Shown here: one piece after another, positions 36,649-47,959 of the stretch
Numbering within the stretch: the stretch's first letter is position 1
How the letters are laid out: each line of letters starts with the position of its first letter
Origin: Pristiophorus japonicus
Taxonomy: Eukaryota
DNA: 64,000 nucleotides
Assembly: GCF_044704955.1 (NCBI RefSeq)
Contig: NC_091999.1
Location: 6,758,001 to 6,822,000, forward strand
Direction of reading: 5' to 3'
Translations under genes and position numbers: made by a program
The notes under the pieces: generated by a model
Told to the model about the DNA's origin: nothing
Databases searched by the model: none
What the model saw: only the letters and a program-made list of their open reading frames with translations

Positions 36649-38850
36649 CATGGGGGCAGGAGAGAGAGGGGGTAATGGGGGCAGGAGAGAGAGGGGGTAA
36701 TGGGGGCAGGAGAGAGAGGGGGTAATGGGGCAGGAGGGAGAGGGGGTAATGGGGGCAGGAGGGAGAGGGGGTAATGGGGGCAGGAGGGAGAGGGGGTAAT
36801 GGGGGCAGGAGGGGGAGAGAGGGTAATGGGGGCAGGAGGGGGAGAGAGGGTAATGGGGGCAGGAGGGGGAGAGAGGGTAATGGGGGCAGGAGGGGGAGAG
36901 AGGGTAATGGGGGCAGGAGGGGGAGAGAGGGTAATGGGGGCAGGAGGGGGAGAGAGGGTAATGGGGGCAGGAGGGGGAGAGAGGGTAATGGGGGCAGGAG
37001 GGGGAGAGAGGGGAATGGGGGCAGGAGGGGGAGAGAGAGGGGAATGGGGGCAGGAGGGGGAGAGAGGGGGGACTATGAGGGCAGGAGGGGGAGAGAGGGG
37101 GAGAGAGGGGGGACTATGAGGGCAGGAGGGGGAGAGAGGGGGGACTATGAGGGCAGGAGGGGGAGGGAGGGGGGATTGGGCAGGAGGGGGAGGGAGGGGG
37201 GATTATGAGGGCAGGAGGGGGAGAGAGGGGGGATTATGAGGGCAGGAGGGGGAGGGAGGGGGAGAGAGGGGGGATTATGAGGGCAGGAGGGGGAGGGAGG
37301 GGGAGAGAGGGGGGATTATGAGGGCAGGAGGGGGAGGGAGGGGGAGAGAGGGGGGATTATGAGGGCAGGAGGGGGAGGGAGGGGGAGAGAGGGGGGATTA
37401 TGAGGGCAGGAGGGGGAGGGAGGGGGAGAGAGGGGGGATTATGAGGGCAGGAGGGGGAGGGAGGGGGAGAGAGGGGGGATTATGAGGGCAGGAGGGGGAG
37501 AGAGGGGGGATTATGAGGGCAGGAGGGGGAGAGAGGGGGGATTATGAGGGCAGGAGGGGGAGAGAGGGGGGATTATGAGGGCAGGAGGGGGAGAGAGGGG
37601 GGATTATGAGGGCAGGAGGGGAGAGAGGGGATTATGAGGGCAGGAGGGGGAGGGAGGGGGAGAGAGGGGGGATTATGAGGGCAGGAGGGGGAGGGAGGGG
37701 GAGAGAGGGGGGATTATGAGGGCAGGAGGGGGAGAGAGGGGGGATTATGAGGGCAGGAGGGGAGAGAGGGGGGATTATGAGGGCAGGAGGGGGGGGAGGG
37801 AGGGGGGAGAGAGGGGGGATTATGAGGGCAGGAGGGGGAGGGAGGGGGGATTATGAGGGCAGGAGGGGGAGAGAGGGGGGATTATGAGGGCAGGAGGGGG
37901 AGAGAGGGGGGATTATGAGGGCAGGAGGGGGAGAGAGGGGGGATTATGAGGGCAGGAGGGGGAGAGAGGGGGGATTATGAGGGCAGGAGGGGGAGAGAGG
38001 GGGGATTATGAGGGCAGGAGGGGGAGAGAGGGGGGATTATGAGGGCAGGAGGGGGAGAGAGGGGGGATTATGAGGGCAGGAGGGGGAGAGAGGGGGGATT
38101 ATGAGGGCAGGAGGGGGAGAGAGGGGGGATTATGAGGGCAGGAGGGGGAGAGAGGGGGGATTATGAGGGCAGGAGGGGAGAGAGGGGGGATTATGAGGGC
38201 AGGAGGGGGAGAGAGGGGGGATTATGAGGGCAGGAGGGGGAGAGAGGGGGGATTATGAGGGCAGGAGGGGGAGAGAGGGGGGATTATGAGGGCAGGAGGG
38301 GGAGAGAGGGGGGATTATGAGGGCAGGAGGGGGAGAGAGGGGGGATTATGCGGGCAGGAGGGGGAGAGAGGGGGGATTATGAGGGCAGGAGGGGGAGGGA
38401 GGGGGAGAGAGGGGGGATTATGAGGGCAGGAGGGGGAGAGAGGGGGGATTATGAGGGCAGGAGGGGGAGAGAGGGGGATTATGAGGGCAGGGAGGGGGAG
38501 AGAGGGGGGATTATGCGGGCAGGAGGGGGAGAGAGGGGGGATTATGCGGGCAGGAGGGGGAGAGAGGGGGGATTATGAGGGCAGGAGGGGGAGAGAGGGG
38601 GGATTATGAGGGCAGGAGGGGAGAGAGGAGGATTATGAGGGCAGGAGGCGGAGAGAGGGGGGATTATGAGGGCAGGAGGGGGAGAGAGGGGGGATTATGA
38701 GGGCAGGAGGGGGAGAGAGGGGGGATTATGAGGGCAGGAGGGGAGAGAGGGGGGATTATGAGGGCAGGAGGGGGAGAGAGGGGGGATTATGAGGGCAGGA
38801 GGGGGAGAGAGGGGGGATTATGAGGGCAGGAGGGGAGGACTATGAGGGCG
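36649..38850. repeat. G/A-rich minisatellite (~24-37-bp units; also 34860-35087)
   Basis: Units such as gattatgagggcaggagggggagagaggggg. Confidence 0.95.
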
Positions 38851-39094
38851 TGAGGGGGGCCCTGAGCATGAGAGAGGCGCACTGGGCACGTGGATATTGC
38901 TGGAGCCAGACAGTGTGTCTGTACCTGGGCGAGCAAGTTGGGTCACTGGGCCACCATGTGCACCCAAACCCCAGACAGTGCGCCATCTGTGTCTGTGTTT
39001 GACCTGATGATCAGTAAGCTTTAACTAACAGATAAAAACAGCAGAAATTGGAGCAGGAGGAGGCCATTCGGCACCTCGAGCTTGCTGCGCCCGT

Positions 39095-39770
39095 CTAGGC
39101 TGACACTCCAGTGCAGTACTGAGGGAGAGCCGCACTGTCGGAGGGGCAGTACTGAGGGAGCGCCACACTGTCGGAGGGGCAGTACTGAGGGAGAGCCACA
39201 CTGTCGGAGGGGCAGTACTGAGGGAGCGCCGCACTGTCGGAGGGGCAGTACTGAGGGAGTGCTGCAATGTCGGAGGGGCGGTACTGAGGGAGTGCTGCAC
39301 TGTCGGAGGGACAGTACTGAGGGAGTGCCGCACTGTCGGAGGGGCGGTACTGAAGGAGCGCCACACTGTCGGAGGGGCAGTACTGAGGGAGTGCTGCACT
39401 GTCGGAGGGGCGGTACTGAGGGAGTGCTGCACTGTCGGAGGGGCAGTACTGAGGGAGTGCTGCACTGTCGGAGGGGCGGTACTGAGGGAGCGCCACACTG
39501 TCGGAGGGGCAGTACTGAGGGAGTGCTGCACTGTCGGAGGTGCTGTGTTTCGAATGAGACGTTCAACCTTAATGCCCTCTCATTTGGACGTAACACATGT
39601 AATGAAACTATTTTGAAGAGCAGGGGAATTATCCCCGGTGTCTTGGCCAATATTTATTCATTGATCAACCAAACAGATTGCTGTTTGTGGGAGCTTGCTG
39701 TGCGCCATTTGGCTGCCGCGTTTTCCACATTGTAACAGCGCTTTGAGGCGTCCGGTGGTCATGAAAGATC
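39095..39770 (+). mobile_element. Deu-domain SINE (headless) with a 33-bp expansion (~13 units)
   Basis: Deu core CCCCGGTGTCTTGGCCAATATT; same 33-bp unit as the other copies. Confidence 0.8.
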
Positions 39771-40117
39771 ATGTCTGATCATCGACCTCAAATCCGCGTT
39801 CGTGCACTATCCCCCTTACCATTGATTCCATTAATACTCCAAAATCGATCGATCTCAAAGGTCCTTTCGCAAAGAGCAGGAAGTGACTGAGCGGGGCAGG
39901 GTGAGTGTTGAGAGCTGTGGGAAACCAAGACCCTCTGTCCCGATCTATGCCTCGGGCACAGACTGAGTCTGAGGGAAGGGAGTGGAACTCTGTACGATGA
40001 AATGGTCAGCTTTGTCGTTCAATCCTCCTCACTGGAACATTCACATTCCTGCTCGCCTCACTGCCCTGCAATTAAATCATTTCATTATCTTTCTGTACAA
40101 TGTGTCTCTTAATCCCT

Positions 40118-40998
40118 TGGGGAGATATCTGTACACTGACTGTTGTCTCTCAGTCCCTCTCCCTCAGGGAGATATCTGTACACTGACTGGTGTCTCTCAG
40201 TCCCTCTCCCTCAGGGAGATATCTGTACACTGACTGGTGTCTCTCAGTCCCTCTCCCTCAGGGAGATATCTGTACACTGACCGGTGTCTCTCAGTCCCCT
40301 CTCCCTCAGGGAGATATCTGTACACTGACTGGTGTCTCTCAGTCCCTCTCCCTCAGGGAGATATCTGTACACTGACTGGTGTCTCTCAGTCCCTCTCCCT
40401 CAGGGAGATATCTGTACACTGACTGGTGTCTCTCAGTCCCCCTCTCCCTCAGGGAGATATCTGTACACTGACTGACGTCTCTCAGTCCCCTCTCCCTCAG
40501 GGAGATATCTGTACACTGACTGGTGTCTCTCAGTCCCTCTCCCTCAGGGAGATATCTGTACACTGACTGGTGTCTCTCAGTCCCTCTCCCTCAGGGAGAT
40601 ATCTGTACACTGACTGGTGTCTATCAGTTCCTCTCCCTCAGGGAGATATCTGTACACTGACTGGTGTCTCTCAGTCCCTCTCCCTTGGAAATATCTGTAC
40701 ACTGACTGGTGTCTCTCAGTCCCCTCTCCCTCAGGGAGATATCTGTACACTGACTGGTGTCTCTCAGTCCCTCTCCCTCAGGGAGATATCTGTACACTGA
40801 CTGGTGTCTCTCAGTCCCCTCTCCCTCAGGGAGATATCTGTACACTGACTGGTGTCTCTCAGTCCCTCTCCCTTGGAAATATCTGTACACTGACTGGTGT
40901 CTCTCAGTCCCCTCTCCCTCAGGGAGATATCTGTACACTGACTGGTGTCTCTCAGTCCCTCTCCCTCAGGGAGATATCTGTACACTGACTGGTGTCTC
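40118..40998. repeat. 47-bp minisatellite (~18 units)
   Basis: Unit gagatatctgtacactgactggtgtctctcagtccctctccctcagg. Confidence 0.95.
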
Positions 40999-41024
40999 TG
41001 CTGATCTAATCACGTAATCACAGA

Positions 41025-42290
41025 CATTTACAGCACGGCAGGAGGCCATTACGGCCCATCGTGTCCGTGCCGGCCGACCAAGAGCTACCCGACCAAGAGC
41101 TACCCGGCCTAATCCCACTTTCCCGCTCTGGGTCCGTAGCCCTGTGGGTTACGGCACTTCAGGAGCACATCCAAATGTGGTGAGGGTTTCTGCCTCTACC
41201 CCCCTTTCAGGCCGTGAGTTCCACCCAGACCCCCACCACCCTCTGGGTGAAGACATTTCCCCTCAAATCCCCTCTAAAACCCCCCCCCCCCCCAATTACT
41301 TTCAATCTCTGCCCCCTGGTTGTTGACCCCTCTGCCAAGGGAAATAGGTCCGTCCTATCCACTCGATCCAGGCCCCTCGTCATTTTATACACCTCAATCA
41401 GGTCTCCCCTCAGCCTCCTCTGTTCCAGAGACAACAACCCCAGCCTATCCAATCTTTCCTCATCGCCAAAATTCTCCAGTCCCGGCAACATCCTGGTAAA
41501 TCTCTTCTGTACTCTCTCCAGTGCAGTCACATCTTTCCTGTAATGTGGTGACCAGAACTCTACACAGTACTCCAGCTGTGGCCTAACCAGTGATTTATAC
41601 AGTTCAAGCATAACCTCCCTGCTCTTGTATTCCATGCCTCGGCTAATAAAGGCAAGTATTCCATATGCCTTCTTAACCACCTTATCCACCTGGCCTGTTA
41701 CCTTGCTTTGGAGGTAGTTCAGAGAAGGTTCACTCGGTTGATTCCGGGGATGAGGGGGTTGACTTACGAGGAAAGGTTGAGCAGGTTGGGCCTCTACTCA
41801 CTGGAATTCAGAAGAATGAGAGGTGATCTTATCGAAACGTATCAGATTATGAGGGGGCTCGACAAGGTGGATGCAGAGAGGATGTTTCCACTGATGGGGG
41901 AGACTAGAACTAGGGGACATGGTCTTAGAATAAGGGGCCGCCCATTTAAAACTGAGATGAAGAGGAATTGCTTCTCTCTGAGGGTTGTACATCTGTGGAT
42001 TTCGCTGCCTCAGAGAGCTGTGGAGGCTGGGTCATTGAATATATTTAAGACAGAGATAGACAGTTTCTTAGCCGATAAGGTGTTATGGGGAGCGGGCAGG
42101 AAAGTGGAGCTGAGTCCATGATCGGATCAGCCATGATCTTATTGAATGGTGGAGCAGGCTAGAGGGGCCGAATGGCCGACTCCTGCTCCTATTACTTATG
42201 TTCTTATGTTCAGGGATCTGTGGACATTCACTCCAAGGTCCCGCTGTTCCTCTGCACTTCTCAGTGTCCTACCTTTGTGTATTCCTTTGC
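41025..42290. mobile_element. CR1 (-) fragment with a second CR1 3' end (+, ~41703-42210) nested in it
   Basis: ORFs 41207-41689 (-) and 41708-42121 (+) are both CR1 RT C-termini; the - copy resumes at ~42210. Confidence 0.85.
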
Positions 42291-42327
42291 CTCTGCCTAT
42301 GTCTAACCCTCTCTCTCTGTCTGACAG

Positions 42328-42497
42328 ATATACCTATGAAGATTACCAACACACTGCCGATTGGCTCATGGCACAGACCCAGCACAGACCGACCGTGGCC
42401 ATTATCTGCGGCTCTGGTCTAGGGGGCCTTGCAGATACCCTGAAGGACCAAGTCATCTTCAAGTACACAGATGTGCCGAACTTCCCTCAGAGTACAG
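42328..42497 (+). CDS. PNP: Purine nucleoside phosphorylase, exon 2 (170 nt)
   Basis: [36 protein letters not shown]...VPNFPQST; branch point ctaac, polypyrimidine tract, cag acceptor, gtaagg donor; GSGLG phosphate-binding motif. Confidence 0.96.
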
Positions 42498-42534
42498 GTA
42501 AGGTGTGGCAATATGGTCCGGAATTCTGATGGTC

Positions 42535-43210
42535 ACATTCACTCCCACTGCACACAATCCCAATGGACCCAAACCCTTTCCCATTCACTCCCACTGCACA
42601 CAATCCCAATGGACCCAAACCCCTTCCCATTCACTCCCATTGTACACAATCCCAATGGACTCAAACCCCTTCCCATTCACTCCCACAGTACACAATCCCA
42701 ATGGACTCAAACCCCTTCCCATTCACTCCCACAGTACACAATCCCAATGGACCCAAACCCCTTCCCATTCACTCCCACAGTACACAATCCCAATGGACTC
42801 AAACCCCTTCCCATTCACTCCCACAGTACACAATCCCAATGGACCCAAACCCCTTCCCATTCACTCCCATTGTACACAATCCCAATGGACTCAAACCCCT
42901 TCCCATTCACTCCCACTGTACACAATCCCAATGGACCCAAACCCCTTCCCATTTACTCCCACTGTACACAATCCCAATGGACCCAAACCCCTTCCCATTC
43001 ACTCCCATTGTACACAATCCCAATGGACTCAAACCCCTTCCCACTCACTCCCATTGTACACAATCCCAATGGACTCAAACCCCTTCCCACTCACTCCCAC
43101 TGTACACAATCCCAATGGACCCAAACCCCTTCCCATTCACTCCCACTGTACACAATCCCAATGGACCCAAACCCCTTCCCATTCACTCCCACAGTACACA
43201 ATCCCAATGG
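42535..43210. repeat. 46-bp minisatellite filling most of PNP intron 2
   Basis: Unit cacaatcccaatggacccaaaccccttcccattcactcccactgta. Confidence 0.95.
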
Positions 43211-43286
43211 AGGACCCCCCGCCCCCCCACCTTCGTGCTCTGCCCCCTCCCCCTCAGACTCTAACCTCTTCCCCCTTCGCTTGCAG

Positions 43287-43390
43287 TGCTTGGCCACGCT
43301 GGTCGGCTGGTGTTTGGGACATTGAATGGGAAGACCTGTGTCTGTATGCAAGGCCGCTTCCACCTGTACGAGGGGCATCCTGTCTGGAAG
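43287..43390 (+). CDS. PNP: Purine nucleoside phosphorylase, exon 3 (104 nt)
   Basis: [35 protein letters not shown], with the conserved GH and QGRFHxYEG active-site motifs; ttgcag acceptor, gtaagt donor. Confidence 0.96.
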
Positions 43391-43449
43391 GTAAGTGGTG
43401 GCGGGGTGGGGGGGGATTGGTGTAATGGAGGGGGGCGGGGGGGGTGCCA

Positions 43450-46317
43450 GTTTGTATCTGAGGCGGGGGGTGGGGGAGCAGGGTGTATCTGAGGGGGGGA
43501 GAGCAGGGTGTATCTGGGGGAGGGGGTGGGGTCTATCCGAGGGGGGGGGATGGGGTGTGTATCTGGGGGGGGGGGGGGGGGTGTATCTGAGGGGGGGGGG
43601 GCGTGCGGTGTATCTGAGGGGGGGGGGGCGTGGGGTGTATCTGAGGGGGGGTGGGGTGTATCTGGGGGGGGGGTGTGGGGTGTATCTGAGAGGGGGGCGT
43701 GGGGTGTATCTGACGGGGAGGGGGTGGGGTGTATCTGAAGGGGGGGCATGGGGTGTATCTGAGGGGGGGTGTGGTGTGTATCTGAGGGGGGGGGGTGTGG
43801 GGTGTATCTGAGGGGGGGGGGTGTGGGGTGTATCTGAGAGGGGGGCGTGGGGTGTATCTGAGAGGGGGGGTGTGGGGTGTATCTGAGAGGGGGGGTGTGG
43901 GGTGTATCTGAGGGGGGGGGTGTGGGGTGTATCTGAGAGGGGGGGTGTGGGGTGTATCTGAAGGGGGGGCATGGGGTGTATCTGAGGGGGGGGTGTGGTG
44001 TGTATCTGAGGGGGGGGGTGTGGGGTGTATCTGAGGGGGGGGTGTTGTGGGTGTATCTGAGGGGGGGGGCATGGGGTGTATCTGAGGGGGGGGTGTGGTG
44101 TGTATCTGAGGGGGGGGGGTGTGGGGTGTATCTGAGGGGGGGGGGTGTGGGGTGTATCTGAGAGGGGGGCGTGGGGTGTATCTGAGAGGGGGGGTGTGGG
44201 GTGTATCTGAGAGGGGGGGTGTGGGGTGTATCTGAAGGGGGGGCATGGGGTGTATCTGAGGGGGGGGGTGTGGGGTGTATCTGAGAGGGGGGGTGTGGGG
44301 TGTATCTGAAGGGGGGGCATGGGGTGTATCTGAGGGGGGGGTGTGGTGTGTATCTGAGGGGGGGGGGGCTTGGGGTGTATCTGAGGGGGGGGTGTTGTGG
44401 GTGTATCTGGGGGGGGGGTGTGGGGTGTATCTGAGAGGGGGGGTGTGGGGTGTATCTGAGAGGGGGGGTGTGGGGTGTATCTGAGAGGGGGGGTGTGGGG
44501 TGTATCTGAGGGGGGGGGGTTGTGGGTGTATCTGAGGGTGTGGGGTGTATCTGAGGGGGGGGGGTGGGGTGTATCTGAGAGGTGGGGTGTGAGGTGTATC
44601 TGAGGGGGGGGTGTAGTGTGTATCTGAGGGGGGGGGGCTTGGGGTGTATCTGAGGGGGGGGGGTTGTGGGTGTATCTGAGGGGGGGCATGGGGTGTATCT
44701 GACGGGGAGGGGGTGGGGTGTATCTGAGGGGGGGGTGGTGTGGGGTGTATCTGAGGTGGGGGGGGGTGTGGGGTGTATCTGAGGTGGGGGGGGTGTGGGG
44801 TGTATCTGAGGTGGGGGGGGGGTGTGGGGTGTATCTGAGGGGGGGGGGTGTGGGGTGTATCTGAGTGGGGGGGTTGTGGGTGTATCTGGGGGGGGGGGTG
44901 TGGGGTGTATCTGAGGGGAGGGTTGTGGGTGTATCTGAGGGGGGGGGGTGTGGGGTGTATCTGAGGGGGGGGGGGTGTGGGGTGTATCTGAGGGGGGGGC
45001 GTGGGGTGTATCTGAGGGGGGGTGTGGGGTGTATCTGAGGGGGGGGGGTGTGGGGTGTATCTGAGGGGAGGGGTGTGGGGTGTATCTGAGGGGGGTGTGT
45101 GGGGTGTATCTGAGGGGGGGGGTGTGGGGTGTATCTGAGGGGGGGGGTGTGGGGTGTATCTGAGAGGGGGGGTGTGGGGTGTATCTGAGAGGGGGGGTGT
45201 GGGGTGTATCTGAAGGGGGGGCATGGGGTGTATCTGAGGGGGGGGTGTGGTGTGTATCTGAGGGGGGGGGGGCTTGGGGTGTATCTGAGGGGGGGGTGTT
45301 GTGGGTGTATCTGAGGGGGGGGGTGTGGGGTGCATCTGAGAGGGGGGGTGTGGGGTGTATCTGAGAGGGGGGGTGTGGGGTGTATCTGAGAGGGGGGGTG
45401 TGGGGTGTATCTGAGGGGGGGGGGGTTGTGGGTGTATCTGAGGGTGTGGGGTGTATCTGAGGGGGGGGGGTGGGGTGTATCTGAGAGGTGGGGTGTGAGG
45501 TGTATCTGAGGGGGGGGGTGTAGTGTGTATCTGAGGGGGGGGGGCTTGGGGTGTATCTGAGGGGGGGGGGGTTGTGGGTGTATCTGAGGGGGGGCATGGG
45601 GTGTATCTGACGGGGAGGGGGTGGGGTGTATCTGAGGGGGGGGTGGTGTGGGGTGTATCTGAGGTGGGGGGGGGTGTGGGGTGTATCTGAGGTGGGGGGG
45701 GTGTGGGGTGTATCTGAGGTGGGGGGGGGGTGTGGGGTGTATCTGAGGGGGGGGGGTGTGGGGTGTATCTGAGTGGGGGGGTTGTGGGTGTATCGGGGGG
45801 GGGGTGTGGGGTGTATCTGAGGGGAGGGTTGTGGGTGTATCTGAGGGGGGGGGTGTGGGGTGTATCTGAGGGGGGGGGTGTGGGGTGTATCTGAGGGGGG
45901 GGGTGTGGGGTGTATCTGAGGGGGGGGGTGTGGGGTGTATCTGAGGGGGGGGTGTGGGGTGTATCTGAGGGGGGGGGGGTGTGGGGTGTATCTGAGGGGA
46001 GGGGTGTGGGGTGTATCTGAGGGGGGTGTGTGGGGTGTATCTGAGGGGGGGGTGTGGGGTGTATCTGAGGGGTGGGGTGTATCTGAGGTGGGGGGTGTGG
46101 GGTGTATCTGAGGGGGGTGTGTGGGGTGTATCTGAGGGGTGGGGGTGTGGGGTGTATCTGAGGGGGGTGGGGTGGGGTGTATCTGAGGGGGGGGGTGTGG
46201 GGTGTATCTGAGTGGGGTGGGGTGTATCTGAGGGGGGGGGGTGTGGGGTGTATCTGAGGGGGGGGGGGTGTGGGGTTTATCTGAGGGAGGGGGTGTGGGG
46301 TGTATCTGAGGGGGGTG
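43450..46317. repeat. G-rich minisatellite (gtgtatctgag-Gn-tgtggg, ~25 bp) in PNP intron 3, with a ~0.9-kb higher-order duplication
   Basis: Visible repetition; the same variant-unit order recurs at ~44275 and ~45179. Confidence 0.95.
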
Positions 46318-46517
46318 NNNNNNNNNNNNNNNNNNNNNNNNNNNNNNNNNNNNNNNNNNNNNNNNNNNNNNNNNNNNNNNNNNNNNNNNNNNNNNNNNNN
46401 NNNNNNNNNNNNNNNNNNNNNNNNNNNNNNNNNNNNNNNNNNNNNNNNNNNNNNNNNNNNNNNNNNNNNNNNNNNNNNNNNNNNNNNNNNNNNNNNNNNN
46501 NNNNNNNNNNNNNNNNN
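46318..46517. other. Scaffold gap (exactly 200 N; true size probably unknown)
   Basis: N run; the sequence context changes across it. Confidence 1.
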
Positions 46518-46673
46518 CTTCCCCGTGAGCCCCCGACGGCCAAGGGGACCTTCCGGGCGGTCAGCCAGCTCTCCGTCCCCTCGTCCGCCTGGGACAGTGG
46601 CCACAACTACTCCTGCGTGGTGGGTCACCATCCTGGCCGGGGCTGGTCGAGGGTCAGCTGAGAAAGGAGTCAG
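46518..46673 (+). CDS. 3' part of an immunoglobulin C1-set domain exon (partial; apparent 1-nt frameshift near its end)
   Basis: GTFRAVSQLSVPSSAWDSGHNYSCVVGH matches the C1-set E-F strand signature (F-x2-S-x-L-x-V...W-x-SG-x2-Y-S-C-x-V-x-H); cag|gtaaag donor after 46673. Confidence 0.8.
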
Positions 46674-46709
46674 GTAAAGGAGCTCCCGTCCCCCCGCTGA
46701 GGGAGTGCT

Positions 46710-47945
46710 GCCTCCTCTCCCCCCTCCCCCCTCCCCCCCCTACACCCCTCCCTACTCCTGTAACCCCTCCCCCCTACACCTCTCCTTATCCCTGTAACTC
46801 CTCCCCCCCCCCCCTATCCCCTGGTAACCCCTCCCCCCTACTACCCTCCCTATCCTGTAACCCCTCCCCCTACCCCCTCCCTATCCTGTAACCTCTCCCT
46901 ACACCCTCCCTAACTCTGTAACCCCTCCCCTACACCCCCTCCCTATCCTGCTATCTCTGTAACCCCCTCCCCCTAACACCCCTGCCCTATGCCTGCAAAC
47001 CCCTCCCCCTACACCCCTCCCTATCCCTGTAACTCTCCCCCTACACCCTCCCTATCCCTGTAACCCCCTCCCCCTACCCCTCCCGTAGTCCCTGTAAACC
47101 CTCCCCCTACACCCCTCCCTATCCCTGTAACTCTCCCCCCTAGCACCCCTCCCATCCCTGTAATCCCCTCCCCCCCCCTTCCCCCCCTCCCTATCTCTAT
47201 AACCCCCTCCCCCTACACCCCTCCCTATCCTGTAACCCCCCTCCCCCGACACCCCTCCCTATCTCTATAACCCCCTCCCCCTACACCCCTCCCTATCCCA
47301 TGTAACCCCTCCCCCTACACCCCTCCCTATCTCTGTAACCCCCTCCCCCCCTACACCCTCCCTATCTCTGTAACCCCCTCCCCCCTACACCCCTCCCTAA
47401 CCCTGTAACCCCCTCCCCCCTACACCCTCCCTAACCCTGTAACCCTCTCCCCCCCTACACCCCTCCCCATCTCTGTAACCCCCTCCCGCCCTACACCCCT
47501 CCCAAACCCTGTAACCCTCTCCCCCCCTACACCCCTTCTCTGTAACCCCCTCCCCCCCTACACCCCTCCCTAACCCTGTAACCCCCTCCCCCCCTACACC
47601 CCTCCCTATCTCTGTAACCTCCAGCCCCACAACCCCCCCGAGATGTCTGCACTCCTCTAATTCTGCCCCCCTGACCATTCCTGATTATAATCGCTCCACC
47701 ATCGGTGGCCGTGCCTTCTGTTGCCTGGGCCCCAAGCTCTGGAACTCCCTCCCTAAACCTCTCTACCTCTCTTTGCTCCTACAAGACGCTCCTTATAACC
47801 CACCTCTTTGACCCAGCTTTTGGTCACCTGTCCCTAATTTCTATTGCTGTGACTCCGTGCCAAATTTATTTATCGCGTAACGCTCCTGTGAAGCACCTTG
47901 GGACGTTTCACTACGTTAACAGCGCTATATAAACGCAATTTGTTG
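46710..47945 (+). mobile_element. Noisy L2-derived minisatellite followed by an L2 3' end
   Basis: Degenerate ccctacacccctccctatctctgtaac units, then the L2 tail ..gcgctatataaa.gcaa.ttgttgttg. Confidence 0.8.
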
Positions 47946-47959
47946 TTGTCTCCTCAACC

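Noticed and set aside
43091-46631. Very long proline-rich ORFs (532-1032 aa, extensin-like)
   Set aside because: Translations of the C-rich strand of a minisatellite, open in several frames; one runs through an N gap.
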